Source: Dipteris shenzhenensis
Taxonomy: Eukaryota
Direction: 5' to 3' (one strand)
DNA: 64,000 nucleotides
Assembly (NCBI GenBank): GCA_047967505.1
Contig: CM106538.1
Shown: piece by piece, positions 36,544 to 50,100 of the stretch
Position numbering within the stretch: position 1 is the first letter of the stretch
Layout: each line of letters starts with the position of its first letter
Translations under genes and position numbers: made by a program
The notes under the pieces: generated by a model
Database searches by the model: none
What the model saw: the letters and a program-made list of their open reading frames with translations, nothing else
What the model was told of the DNA's origin: nothing

Positions 36544-38018
36544 AAACCCTTTAAGGTGTTCATGAAGCGCTCGAGGAAGAATAACCATCGTGCATGTATA
36601 GTGCCGCATATAGCAATCTCATCCACCAAATGCACTATGAGATGTAGTTGGCTTATGAGAATAGAACGTAGAAATGTCTCCTCCACTAAACAAACCACCT
36701 CCATTGACATAACTCGAGCATTCTCAAGCATGGTGGGATCTATTTCCTTTGAGCTCACATACCTAGAAAGGAAAAAGTACACTATATTAGCAATATGAAA
36801 ACCTTGCATGGAGCATTGATACGCTTCACATTTTGTATCCTATAAAGTACCTCACAAACTCGCCCATCTTGTAAATACAATCCGCCACGTCCATGCTAGT
36901 AGGTAGTATGAACTGAACACATGAGGAATGGTTGATTAGTTGCTTCTAATTCACTCATAAATTTGGAAGGAAAAAGATATCATGCACATAAAATACTTAC
37001 TTCGATAATTCACTCATAAATTTGGAAGGAAAAAGATATTATGCACATAAAATACTTACTTCGAGCATCTTGTGCTAATTATGAGATTTCAAGCCATATA
37101 ATTGCTCTACACCTCTTTTCTTGCTCTTTATGAAGGCCCCCTTCAAACACCTCATGCATCCAGTGGGAGTATGAATTGTAGTGATAGCTTGCTTCACTGC
37201 CACCATCTCTAGCTTTGATAACCTCCATGGTGCACAAGGTAAAAAGGCACACCCATTTGGCCTCTCTTGTGGCCAAGCTTCACGCATCCTCCCTGTGGTG
37301 CGTAGATCCTCCCTTATGCCTGCAGAATCTCATGTCCCATTCAAATGTTCCCAAATGGTAGATGCCACATTCTTGAATATATACATGGGATCAAGCAAGT
37401 GATTGTGGGACCAATATGGTAGTTGATAAAAGATGGAGTATCTAAACAAAAGATGGTGTTAGCATGCAATCTTTATTTCCATTCAATATAGCACACAATA
37501 GTAGCAAAACCTTATCGGCTCATGCCAAGTGGTGGAGTCGTGGAACCATCCCAAATTCTCCTCTAATCTCTTGTAGTGAGTGACTGTGGGGGAAATTTCA
37601 TTCCAAGGGGCAACATATCTAGGATGATCAGGTGGGAGAAATCGATGGTGATTCTCATAGATGACCTTATTCAATGTGTCTGCCCGTGAGGAAACTAGTG
37701 AAGGACCACAAACAAGACATGCGTGGTAACCCAATGTAGTGAGACCTAAACAATAGACACAATTAAGAGTTAAAGGTGGGTTCAAGGTGCCACATCGATT
37801 GCCTACTCATAATTGAAAGTTCAATGCTTACTTGAACACTTGCCATAGCCTAAGAAGTCATGCATCATCCATAGGTTTGCAAGTTTAGTAACTCAAGGGA
37901 GGCACGTAGAACATAGAATGTGCACCCCTCAAATAGTGGAGTCGATGCTGCAATAAAAAGATCGTCCTACTCCATGCTATCATCCCTACCTAAGGACTGA
38001 TGGACATATAAATCCCAC
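36544..38018 (-). pseudogene. TnpD: CACTA/EnSpm TnpD-type transposase remnant, 3' part (truncated after LKGF)
   Basis: HLIVHLVDEIAICGTIHARWLFFLERFMNTLKGF (DUF4218-like), LYGLKSH, LLDPMYIFKNV, GYHACLVCG and HHRFLPPDHP. Confidence 0.88.
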
Positions 38019-38459
38019 ACCATTATGAAGAGAGTGGGAGAGAGGTAAGGAGTCTCACTTGCGGCTTTCTCACATACACAATGGGGGAATACACACAAAG
38101 GTGGAGGCTAAAAACAATTTTCCTCTTCTTAGTTGTGAAAGCCAAAAGAACTCTCTCCTAGTACAAAAGGGATAGATGAACCTTATATGTGTTGAGAGTT
38201 CACGCTCAACATCATGTGATCATGTGTGCATAGCACCATCACGTGATCATATGTGCATAGCACTAACCTTATAGAGTGCTATAAAGGAAAGGGTTAGATC
38301 CCCTAACCCTAACCCTAAAAGGGTTTGTATATATTCTATTTTTTCAACTAATTCTAGTGTATAGTTAGTCATTTGTGGTGTGCTCTCTAGCTGTGCCCTC
38401 TCTCCTCATCTCCACTCTTCTCCTCTCCCCTCTTCATATTTTGTCATGGTATCAGAGCT

Positions 38460-38660
38460 CCCTTGTCCTCTTTGTTCCTCTCTTTTACCCTCTCTTTTCC
38501 TCTATTTTCTCCTCTCTTTCCTTCTCTTTTTTCCTCTCTTTTCCTCTCTTATCTCCTCTCTTTTTCTCTCTTTTTTCTCCTCTCTTTTCATCTCTTTTCC
38601 TCTATCTCCTCTCTTTTTTCTCCTCTCTTTTCTCCTCTCTTTCCTTCTCTCTTTTTTCCC
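38460..38660. repeat. CT-rich low-complexity tract in the A2 leader
   Basis: Degenerate (TCCTCTCTTT)n. Confidence 0.9.
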
Positions 38661-41074
38661 ACGTGAAGCTTCAATATCCTGACATTGAGCAAGCAGATAC
38701 AGACTTTTGTCACTCTAATTCAACGAATGCAGGAGTCTGTAAATGCTTGCTCAATGTTAGGCTGTCACTCTATTTTTTCTTTTGCATGATGGAAAGAGGG
38801 CATGCTCGATGCCAATCTTCTTCTTTTCTTTTCTTCAATTCATCATGTGGCCAAGAAGCTCTTCAGCCTTGCCTGATCTTTGGGATGCCATTTTTGGGAG
38901 TTTATAACATTTTGGGGCACCCTCCCACTGTTGGGGAGTTATATACATACATGACCGGTACTCTAGACACCCCCTAGGAGTCAACAGTACAGACTCCAAA
39001 CCACCCCAACCCCACACTAGCTGAGATTACTCCAGTGGAGTTGAGATAGCCTAGTAGGCTACAGATCCATGCCCCTTTTGCCCAATCAGGAGTCCCTTCT
39101 TCCCTATAGTCTAGTGTCCCTTCTCCACGATCATCAGCACTCCCTTCTCCCCTGTGGTGGTCTGGAGTCCCTTCTCCCCCCTGTGGTCAGGAACCCTTCT
39201 GCCTCGTAGAGCCACTAGCGTACTCTCATACAGTCAAGAGTCACTTCTCCAAATATGAGTGGCCAGCATACTAGCTCGACATGATAGGGCAGCAGGCGTA
39301 GTAGTAGGAGAGCGGTGGGGGATGCATGGCACAGTGCTTTGGGGGGGGTAATGGTGGGGGCGGGGATGATTCAGATGATGAAGATGTGCCACAAGGTGAT
39401 GGTACGATCTTCTATGACATCACTCAGACAGGAGGCATCTTGTTGGATGCATGGGGGAAGGACATCATGGCCTTCATGCACTCTGTAATTGCTAACAACT
39501 ATAGAGATTGCTTTATTCACGACAAAGAGTAGCCAAAAAAGTTGGCTGATGAGACCATTGCTGCTGTTCGCTCTAGGTATCCCAATACCCCCAATGTTTA
39601 GTTCACACAAATACATGGGCAAATTCAAAGATTGTTATAATTATACTTGCCAATAAAATATCTTCACTTAAGAGGCAGGCACTAGCCAAGATTGCCAGGA
39701 GAGAGGGAGGTCAACCACCAAGGAGCAAGCACCACACTGCTCACAAGCGTGAGTGGAAGAAAGTAATGAAGGCAGTGAAGGAGGACCCCAGCCTGCAGCA
39801 CATCGAGGCACGAAGTATCCAAATGGAGCAATATGGAAACGTGCATTTTGGAGCAGGGGGTGTTGAATCATGGGAGGCCCAATTTGTAAGTATCGATCTC
39901 AAATTATATTGTGTTTATGTGGTTTATTAGGAGGTTGTTTCTTTGTACTAACCCCTCTGCAAATTGTGCCATCTTGCAGCTTAATATCGTGGACAGGTAC
40001 CCTACTCCTGTCGAGATAGCCTACCACTGCCACCATCATAGAGGAGATACATGGAGGCACTTCTATCACTGAGACATTGAGATTCTTGAGAGTGTGAGAG
40101 AGATTGTGAGATTGAGAGCTTCTCGAGTGTCCTTGTGAGAGTTCACTTCCGTAGAGAAAAGTTTCCATTCATTACATTGAGAGAAAATTTCTGTCAAACA
40201 ATTCTGTCCATGTGAGAGAGAGAGAGATTTTCCATCCATTGTGCTTGTGAGAAAGATAGGGAGAGACTGAGTTTTTTAGTGAGCTTTGAGGGAGAGGGAG
40301 ACTAAAGGTTTCTGGAATCTGCACTCCAAAGCTAAGGCTTCAGCATACCTCTACAGCTTCCTACAACACTTCTCTTGTAAGGCATCGACTCCTTTCTGCC
40401 GCTCCATGCTCAGCAAACTCAGCATCAACTAAGCTCCTAGATTAGCATAGCTGCAAATAAAAGAGGTCCAGCTCCATCGACTAGTCAGCCACGGGCCATT
40501 GATGCGATGCCAGCTTTCCAAAGGCCTTCAGCGCTCCAGTGAGTCGTACGCCAGCCAAAGCACCGCACGCCCTATAAAAGCCTTAGCAGCTTCTCAGCTT
40601 GGCGCTCCAATGCATAGCAAGCCGCCGCCAAAGCCACCGCCAAGCAGAGCGCCATCGACCAGCAGCTCCATAGCTAAGCTCTCCAATATGCCTTGCATCC
40701 ACCAACTCGCCACCGATCGACAGCCTCTCCAAACGGGACTGCATAGCCACCTCCAACAAGCCAACGGACTCCCTGCTCACAGGCGACCAAGTGGATACCC
40801 AGCGGCTGAACTCCAAGCAGTCACCACGAGACAACAGCCACGACTCCCGACGTAAACTCCAAACGAGCATCAAGCGGCACAGCTCCTCCGTCTCTTACGA
40901 CCTGTAGCCCATCGACGATCCAGCCACGAAGCTCCCACAAGACAACGTGAAGATCAACGAATAGCGGCTCTCCTTCACGGATTTCGACCGCCTCACCAAG
41001 CTCCATCGATGGAGAAGACGACGGAATTTGAAAGATTCCGTCCGAATCTTGGTAGATTCTGGCTTCCCACAGTG

Positions 41075-41610
41075 TGACACGTGGCCCGTGCACCACATCA
41101 TCTTATCTGCCACGTGGCAAATAAGCGTCTCAAAATTTGCCACGTGTCAATCCTATCTGCCACATCATCAGCCTATCCACACTGCCACATCAGCATGGAC
41201 ACATCAGCAATCCATGTCATTAGGCCATGTCATCATCGACTGCCACATCATCACCGATTGCCACATCATCATTGACTACCACATCATCACTAATTGCCAC
41301 ATCATCATCGATTGCCACGTCACCTGACACATCATCAGTGATACATCATCAACCATGTCACTTGCCACGTCATCAATGACATGTCATCAGCCACATCACT
41401 TGTGCCATGTCAGCATTGCCACATCACCCTGCTGACATCATCTGTACCACCTCAGCAGTCCAATTAGCACTGACCCTCTATAGGCACACTGTGCACACAC
41501 TGCATGTGCACACTCCTGCCACCTTAGCACAGAGCTTCACTGGCACACCTCTTGCTAAGCACAGTGCCACATCATCACTGCATGTGACTCACAGTGGCAC
41601 ATCATCATTG
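41075..41610. repeat. GCCACATCA/GCCACGTG short-motif array in the A2 leader
   Basis: Roughly 15 or more GCCAC(A/G)TCA(TC)-like motifs, partly in 18-bp tandem units. Confidence 0.8.
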
Positions 41611-42386
41611 AGCACCATTTGCACTCCTTTTTCCCCTCCACCTAGATCAAGTCATATCTGTTGATCCAGGAAGAATTTGAGGGTGCTCCAAAAAGGAAAG
41701 TCGCTCGTTTTTTTGTGCCCTACGCGCTCGTTACATCATGCACACATTTCAGTGCAAGTTACACTCACATTTGTGCCTCGCCGACAAAACCACTTCCTTC
41801 ACGCACATTTGCCTCTACATTGACGTATCTGACCCAGCACTTAAAAAGAACAAAAGAAAAGGAATTATTTGCTGCTCTTTCATCGATCGACGGTTGGTTT
41901 AGATCTAGATCAGAGTAGACTAGATCGCCATAAAGGGGATGCTTTGAATTTCCCCAAGTTGCCAATCTAAGCCATGCCCGAAATTCCCGACTAGTATACC
42001 TACTCGGAGTCCATACGCTCACATCCGATTTCACATCATTACATTACCTGAAACCTTATGTTCATCAGTTCAGTGAGCAGACTTCAGAGTTCAGAGGCAT
42101 TGCAGATTGATTCAGTGGGCAGATATCATTTGATTTCACACACACATGCCACCATTGTAAAGCCTATTCGGCTATCTCACGGCATTGTGCACATCATTTT
42201 TAGCCTTGTAAAGCCTCTTGGCTATTCCGGCATCATTGCCACAAGCCTTGTAACACAGATCAGATCTTATATACTGCAGTCCTATCTTCACTGACGGTAC
42301 AGAGATTTCACTTGGCATCTTCAGTGTATTTGCAGTTGATTCATACAGAGTTTTCCAGGACACTTTTTGAGTACATTGTTTGCACC

Positions 42387-45300
42387 ATGTCGACTAGTAA
42401 CCTCAATCTGGAGGCATCTGCTAAGTTAGACAACTCCAATTACGGTACATGGAAATACCGAATGGAGACCATTCTTGTGCTTCAGGACAAATGGGAGTAT
42501 GTCAATGGATCTATACCTAGACCATTGGCCGATCCAGCCACCAGTAGCTCTACTCCATCTGTTGTCACATCACCAGCAACGGAATCTACAATGGGATCTA
42601 CATCTACACAAATAGTTTCCGCACCAGTAGCAGATCCTGCCATTGCCCGAGCTCAAGCAGAATGGGATAAGAAAGACAAGTATGCCTATCACCTGATCAA
42701 GCAGAATGTGCAAGATGTCATGCTAGGACAACTCAACACAGTCAAGACATTAAAAGAAGCATGGGATATGTTTGCAGCTCTCTATGAGTCCAAGAACACA
42801 TCCAGGATTCTCACCCTGAGAAACCAGATCAACCAGAGTTTCCACAACAGTAGTGAAACCGGTCATGCTTATGTACTTCGCATCAAAGACTACAACAATC
42901 AACTTGCAGCAGCAGGAGAGACTATGAATCCCGCAGAAATGGTTCAAGTAATCCTGAATGGACTAGGAGAAGGATATGAGAATCTAGTCCAGAGTATTGC
43001 CATCCAACGGCAAATTCCAACACTGGAAGGACTTCAGTCAGTTCTACTTGGTGAAGAACTCAGGACTCAGGTCATTCAAGCACGTAAAGGTCATTCTAAT
43101 GATCAGGCATTCACAGCTTCAGATAGAAGCAGAGGCAAAGGCAGAAACAGAGGTAGATCATATCAGAAAAGTGGTCATCATCAACAAAATCAAAGTCAAA
43201 ATTAGCATCAGCATCAGCATCATCCTCAGCAACATCAAAATCAGCAAAGAGGAAATCATTCCAACCGAGGAAGATTTCAAGGATGAGGGAATGCATCCAC
43301 CAATGTGTCAAACATCCAGTGCAACTACTGTCACAAGTTTGGACACTATGAAAGAGATTGCCGCAAGAAGCAGTATGACCAAGGCGGTCAATCCAGCAGT
43401 AATCGAGGGAATTCCCGAGGAAGAGGAAATCATCGTGGTGGACATTCTAGTCACAGTCATTTTGCAAATGAACATGGCAATATGTTTCTTGCAAGTGAGG
43501 AATTGCATCAGACTGATACAATGCACCTAGACACTGATTTCAATCCCAAAGAGGATTTCAGCTATCAAGTCGACCAAGTGGAACAGGATTCTTGGTACAT
43601 CGACAGCGGTGCATCATCTCATATGACAAATCATTAGGAATGGTTCACAGAAATGAAGCCATTAGAAGGTCAAAAGAATGTCATCTACACAATAGACAAT
43701 ACACCGAATTCGGTTCAAGGGACAGGTGTTATCCCTATGAACAATTTCACTGGTACAAAAGGATTAGTCAAAGATGTGCTCTATGTTCTGAAGCTCAGCA
43801 AGAACCTTTTGTCAGTAGGTCAAATGACGGAACACAACTACAAAGTCATCTTCGACGGTGATGAATGCAATATCATAGACAAATCCAAAAGAGGTCAGCT
43901 AGTAGCAAAAGGTGTCAAGGAAGGACGCTTATACAGGATGCTAGCTACAGTACCAGATAAGCATGCCATGTCAGCTCAAATGCAACAGATGCCACCATCT
44001 GCAAAATGGCACAAGAGATATGGTCATGTCAACTTCAAGTACTTGTTAGATCTCAGGAATCAGAATATGGCAATTGGGATTCCGAAGCTACAGTTTCTTG
44101 GAAAAGTTTGTGAAGCATGCTGCGTCGACAAACAAAAGCGAACCAACTTTGTCAGAAGTACCTCTCGTGCACGAGGTATTCTTGATTTGATTCATACAGA
44201 TGTATGGGGTTATGCCCAGACCTGCAACATCAATGGTTCACTTTATTACTTGACCTTCATCGACGACTACAGCCGATATTGTTGGGTCTACTTTCTAAAA
44301 CAGAAATCTGAAGTGTTTTCCAGATTTCAAGAATTCAAAGCCATGGTAGAAAACTAGACAGGCAGAAAGATCAAGGTCATGAGATCAGACAGAGGAGGTG
44401 AATACATGTCTTCAGCATCCATGAACTTTTGCAAAAATCACGGCATTCGAAGACAGTTCACATGTGCAGATACTCCTCAGCAGAATGCATGAATTGAAAG
44501 GAAGAATGCGACTTTAGCAGACAGTGCTAGAGCAATACTTAGTGAAAAGCATCTTCCAAATCAGTATTGGGCAGAAGCAATAGCTTCAGCTAGTTATTTG
44601 CTTAATCGGCTTCCTACCGAACCGATACAAGGTATGACTCCTTATGAAGCGTTCACTAGACACAAGCCACGCATTGGGCATTTCTGCATATTTGGTTGCA
44701 TAGCATATGCCCACATACATGATGATCATCGCAGGAAATTGGATGCGAAGTCACACAAATGCATCATGGTTGGCTACATTGAAGAAAGCAAAGCATCGCA
44801 AAGTCATTATCTCCAAAGATGTAATCTTCGATGAGGAATCAGAATGGAAAACCTCACCTACACAGGAGATAGAAGCATCGACTTCACAGTCATCTACAGA
44901 ACAGGTTGATGAAGAAGAGCAAGAATTGCCAGCAACACCCCAAACAGCGCCATAGCATCTCAGACGGTCTACTAGGGAAAGCAGACCACCAGCCAGATTG
45001 ACATATGCTCAGAAAGGCAAAGCAATTCAGGTGAAAACCACCAACTATGCTCTTATGACTACCATCATGGCTACAGAAGAGCCAGTGTACTTCGAAGACG
45101 TAGTAGACAAGCCAGAATGGGAAACTGCTATGAATGAAGAAATGGATGCTTTGTATAAAAATAACACTTGGGAATTATGCGACCTTCCACCAGGAAAGAA
45201 GGCCATAGCCAACAAATGGGTATACAAAGTGAAGTACAATCCAGATGGTAGTATTCAGAGATACAAAGCCAGATTAGTTGCAAAACGATTTGCACAACAA

Positions 45301-46629
45301 TATGGTCAAGATTATGATGAGACTTATGCTCCAGTAGCAAAGATGGATTCCATATGGTTCTTGATATCACTAGCGACACTCAGTAAATGGAATGTGTATC
45401 AGCTCGATGTCAAGAATGCATTTCTCAATGGTTATCTAGACGAGGAAGTCTACATGCAACAACTAGCCAGTTATGTTGAGCTAGGATAGGAGAACAAGGT
45501 TTGCCATCTCAAGAAAAGTCTCTATGGCTTAAAACAAGCACCCAGAAGTTGGTACAGCAGAATTGACAAGTATTTTGCTGATCTGGGATACATGAAGTCC
45601 AATGCAGATCATACTCTCTACTACAAAGTTCAAGGGGATGACATTACTATTGCACTTTTGTACGTAGATGATCTGATTGTGACAGGAAGCAAGGATAGCT
45701 TCATCAGAAAACTAAAACAAGACTTATCTACAGAGTTCGACATGAAAGATCTTGGACTTATGCACTATTGTCTTGGAATTGAGTTCTGGAGAGATTCAGA
45801 TAGCACATTCATGAGTCAGCTCAAATATGTTGACAATCTCTTGAAGAAGTTTCATATGGCAGATTGCAAGATTGCAGCCACTCCCATGGAACAGAGTTTG
45901 AAACTTACTAAAGATTTAGAAAAGCCTATAGTCAATGACAGATACTACAGGCAACTCATTGGATCTCTTATATATCTGACAATCACATGGCCAGATATTT
46001 GTTATGCAGTAAGCTCACTAGCACAGTTTATGGCAAATCCAAAATAGTCTCACTGGAATGCAGCCAAAAGAGTCTTGAGATACATCAGAGGTATAAGACA
46101 GTTTGGGATAGAATACAGAGGAAGTCATCCATGGTTGCATGGATACTGTGACAGTGACTATGCTGGAGATCATGAGACTAGGAGATCGACATAGGGATAT
46201 GCATTTTTCCTTGGTCAAGGTGCTATATCATGGTTGTCAAACAAACAACCAACTGTTTCTTTGTCTTCGACTGAAGCAGAATGTAGGGCACTCACTACAG
46301 GTGCATGTGAGGCTATATGGCTCAGAAGACTATTGTCAGAAACAGATTACTTTGATGAGTCAAAGCCAACAACAATATACTGTGATAATCAATCGGCTCA
46401 AGCATTGGCCAAAAATCCAGTATATCACTCCAGGACAAAGCACATTGATGTTAGAGAGCACTTCATCAGAGAAATAGTGTTACTTGGTGACATCACACTG
46501 CAGCATTGTGATAGCAAAGAAAATGTTGCAGACATCTTTACCAAACCACTCGGTAAAGAGCTATTCGAGAAACACCGACTAGCTCTTAGTTTGACGCAGA
46601 GGAAGGACATTCCCATTAAAGGGGTGTGA
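42387..46629 (+). pseudogene. gag-pol: copia gag-pol of A2, multiple stops and a deletion near 44795
   Basis: KLDNSNYGTWK gag start, CCHC knuckle, WYIDSGASSHMT protease, integrase, RT YVDD and RNase H; closely similar to A1. Confidence 0.95.
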
Positions 46630-47171
46630 TAAAATGTAATGCTCAGTCCTTCTTTGATTCCCCAGAATCATCATCTTGAGGGAAGGCCTACTTCATGATG
46701 TTGATCTTGAGGGAAGGTGTTGAGAGTTCACGCTCAACATCATGTGATCATGTGTGCATAGCACCATCACGTGATCATATGTGCATAGCACTAACCTTAT
46801 AGAGTGCTATAAAGGAAAGGGTTAGATCCCCTATCCCTAACCCTAAAAGGGTTTGTATATATTCTATTTTTTCAACTAATTCTAGTGTATAGTTAGTCAT
46901 TTGTGGTGTGCTCTCTAGCTATGCCCTCTCTCCTCATCTCCACTCTTCTCCTCTCCCCTCTTCATATTTTGTCAATATGTGGGTCTCAAACCAAACTCAG
47001 CTAGCCTCGGTGGCATACTAACTGAGCCACTAACTAGAGTACATAAAGATATCTATCATCCAGCTATTATTCATGGGTGGTGTACCAACCGCATCTGCAG
47101 CTAACAAGTCGGTGACATAAATGCACAATGGTCACCTTGGCATATCATGAGTGGAGCTCGATATCTCAACA

Positions 47172-50100
47172 CACCAAGCAGGTCTCTGAACTTGTGTAGC
47201 TTCTCTGCACCCAATGCCTTCGTGAATATGTCAGCTACTTGATCCTCTATGCTGACATAAACTAGATCAATAAAACCTACTACAACCTTCTCCTGCACAT
47301 AGTGATAATGCACCTCAATGTGCTTTGTTCTAGCATGATAGACTGGGTTATTTGCCAAGTCTATACTACTCATGTTGTCACAATAAATGACAACTGGCCC
47401 ATCTATAGACTGATGCATATCATAAAGTAGATTACGCAACCAAGCTACCTCACATGCAGCCTATCAGAAATACTATCAGCCCAATCAGCATCAGTGTATC
47501 CATGCAACTGTATCTGAACCCTAGTCTCATAAAATAGTCCATACTGCAATGTGGACTTCACATACCTCAGTATGTGTCTAGTTGCATCCAAATGTGATTT
47601 CCTTGGAGCCTACATAGACTGACTTACCAACCCAACAACATAGCTCAAATCTGGCATGGTAATAGTCATATAAATCAAACTTCCTACTATGTGTATATAC
47701 ATAGTAGGGTCTTCTAGAAGCTCACATACATTTGCGCTCAGCTTCACATTCTGCTCCAAAGGAACTGAAAGAGGCTTACAGCCTATCATCCCATATTTGG
47801 ATAGTCTATCCAATCCATACTGCCTTTGTAAGAGCCATATCCCACTTGTGGATCTAATCACCTCAATGCCCAAGAAGTAACATAGCTCTCCCAAATCCTT
47901 CTTCTCAAAGTTTTGCTTCAATAGCATTTTCACATGAAGGATATCTTCATCACTATCACCTGTGATGATCAAATCATCAACATAAATGACAAGCAGCATA
48001 ATACCTAAGTTCTTTGTTTTTCTCACATAAAGTGAGAAATCTGCCATGTAAATCTGAAAGCCAATAGTGACAAGATACTGTCCTATCTTGTCAGACCATG
48101 CTCTAGGTGCTTGCTTCAAGCCATACAAGGCTTTCTTCAACCTACAAACAAACTCAGGATGAACAGCATGCACATAACCTGGTGGCTGCTCCATATATAC
48201 CTCTTCTTCCAAATCACCATGCCAAAAGGCATTCTTTACATCCATCTGATGTAAGGACCATCCCTTTAATGCAGCCATAGCAATGACTTCTCTTACAGTT
48301 GCCATCCTTGCAACTGGACTGAATGTTTCTTCATAATCAATGCCATATGTCTATGCATACCCCTTGACAACTAATCTTGCCTTGTATCTGCTCATAGAAC
48401 CATCTGCATTGTGCTTCACCTTATAGACCCACTTGCAGCCAATTGAATTCTTGTCTTTAGGCAAAGGCACCAATTCCCATGTGGCATTTGCTTCCAAGGC
48501 ATCCATTTCTTCATCCATGGCTTTCTCCCATTTTTTTTTCCCATGGCTTGCTCAAAAAAAGTGGGTTCTGGTTCTTTTATCACTCTAACCATATAGGCAT
48601 AGTGAATGGCTGTAAATCCATCATATTTCAGCCTATCCACAGGATACTTAACTCTGGTAGACCTGCGCAAAATAGGCTCACTACCAGGTGCTCTCAAAAC
48701 ATCCCTTGTCTTCCTTACTCTAGGTGTAATAATAGAAGGAATACCCAACTCATCATCAAGGCTCTATTCTAAGCCACTGGATTCACCATCCACATATAAG
48801 AGTGACCTGCATTCACATAAAAAATGGGCTAATCTACTTTCTCTTTTCCCTTTCATGATACTTGCATACCACTATCTGCATTGCTTTGAGGAGATTCTCC
48901 TGATCTCAATTTGCATGTCCATGGTGAAGTATGTGAACCATGCTAGAGGACACTACAATCCACTAATATTTTGTGAGTGCTGCTGTGAATTCTGTGCATC
49001 TACATCATCAATCACATTTACTGGTTTATACCAGTTGCTCATCTCATAAAAAACAAGACCTCTGCTCACTATAAACTTACGAGTAGAAGGGTTATAGCAT
49101 CTATACCCTTTCTGCTGTAGAGAATAACCAATAAAGATGCACTTCTCAGCTTTTGGATCCAACTTGGATCTCAACTCATCTGGCACATGAAAATAGGCAA
49201 TGCAACGAAAAACTTTCAAATGAGAAATATCTGGTTTCCTACCAGTATACCTCTCCTTTGGCATCATGCCATGTATTACTATAGTGGGAGTCCTATTCAT
49301 TATGTAGATTGCTGTAGCAACTGCTTCAGCCCAATAATAATATGGCAAGTCTTTTTCGTTGAGCATGGCATGAGATACCTCTCCAATATGCCTGTTTTTC
49401 CTTTCTGCAAGTCCATTTTGCTGTGGGGTATGACTGCATGAATATTGTTGCTTTATGCCATGATCTTGTAGGAACCTTGCAAACTCATTTGAGAGGTACT
49501 CTCCCCCTCCATCTGACCTTAGGCATTTTATTTGCGGGCCTATTTCTTTCTTAACCATGGCTTTAAAAGCTTTGAAATGCCCAAACACTTCACTTTTCTT
49601 TTTCATAAAATACACCCAAACTTTTCTGCTGTAGTCATCAATAAAAGTGGCAAAATAATGACAGCCTCCAATAGATGCAGCTTTAGTAGTCCACACATCA
49701 TAGTGGATTAATTTCAATGGCCTCTTACTCTCTTGAACATGTTTAGGAAATGGTTTCCTTGCCTGTTTTCCAAATTGACAGGCTTCACATACCTTATGCA
49801 TTTCTGCAACCTCGAACTTAGGCAATCCTGCAATAATATTTTGGGATTGCATTAATTTAAGTCACTGTACATTAACATAACCAATGCATTTATGCCAGAT
49901 ATCAATATTTGCAACTACACCACTCCCATGTGCAAACATTGCTGCACTCAATTCAGGCATGTCCACATCCAATGTAAGCATCCTGCCCTTCTTCTTCCCT
50001 TTTGCTATCAAGTGACTTTTATTTTTCATATCCTCAACAAAGCATCCATGAGGATTAAATCTGACCTGCAAGCCCTGCTCAACCATTTGACCAACAAAAA

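Larger units (their letters stand above)
38190..46974 (+). mobile_element. Ty1/copia family A copy A2, full length, nested in the 3' LTR of element B
   Basis: 257-bp LTRs 38190-38446 and 46718-46974 (about 2 differences); PBS TGGTATCAGAGC 38447-38458; PPT GAGGGAAGG; TSD ATATG (38185-38189, 46975-46979). Confidence 0.97.

Noticed and set aside
38375-38977. 200-aa hydrophobic ORF (env-like or membrane protein)
   Set aside because: It starts inside the LTR and reads through the PBS and a CT low-complexity tract; a compositional artefact.
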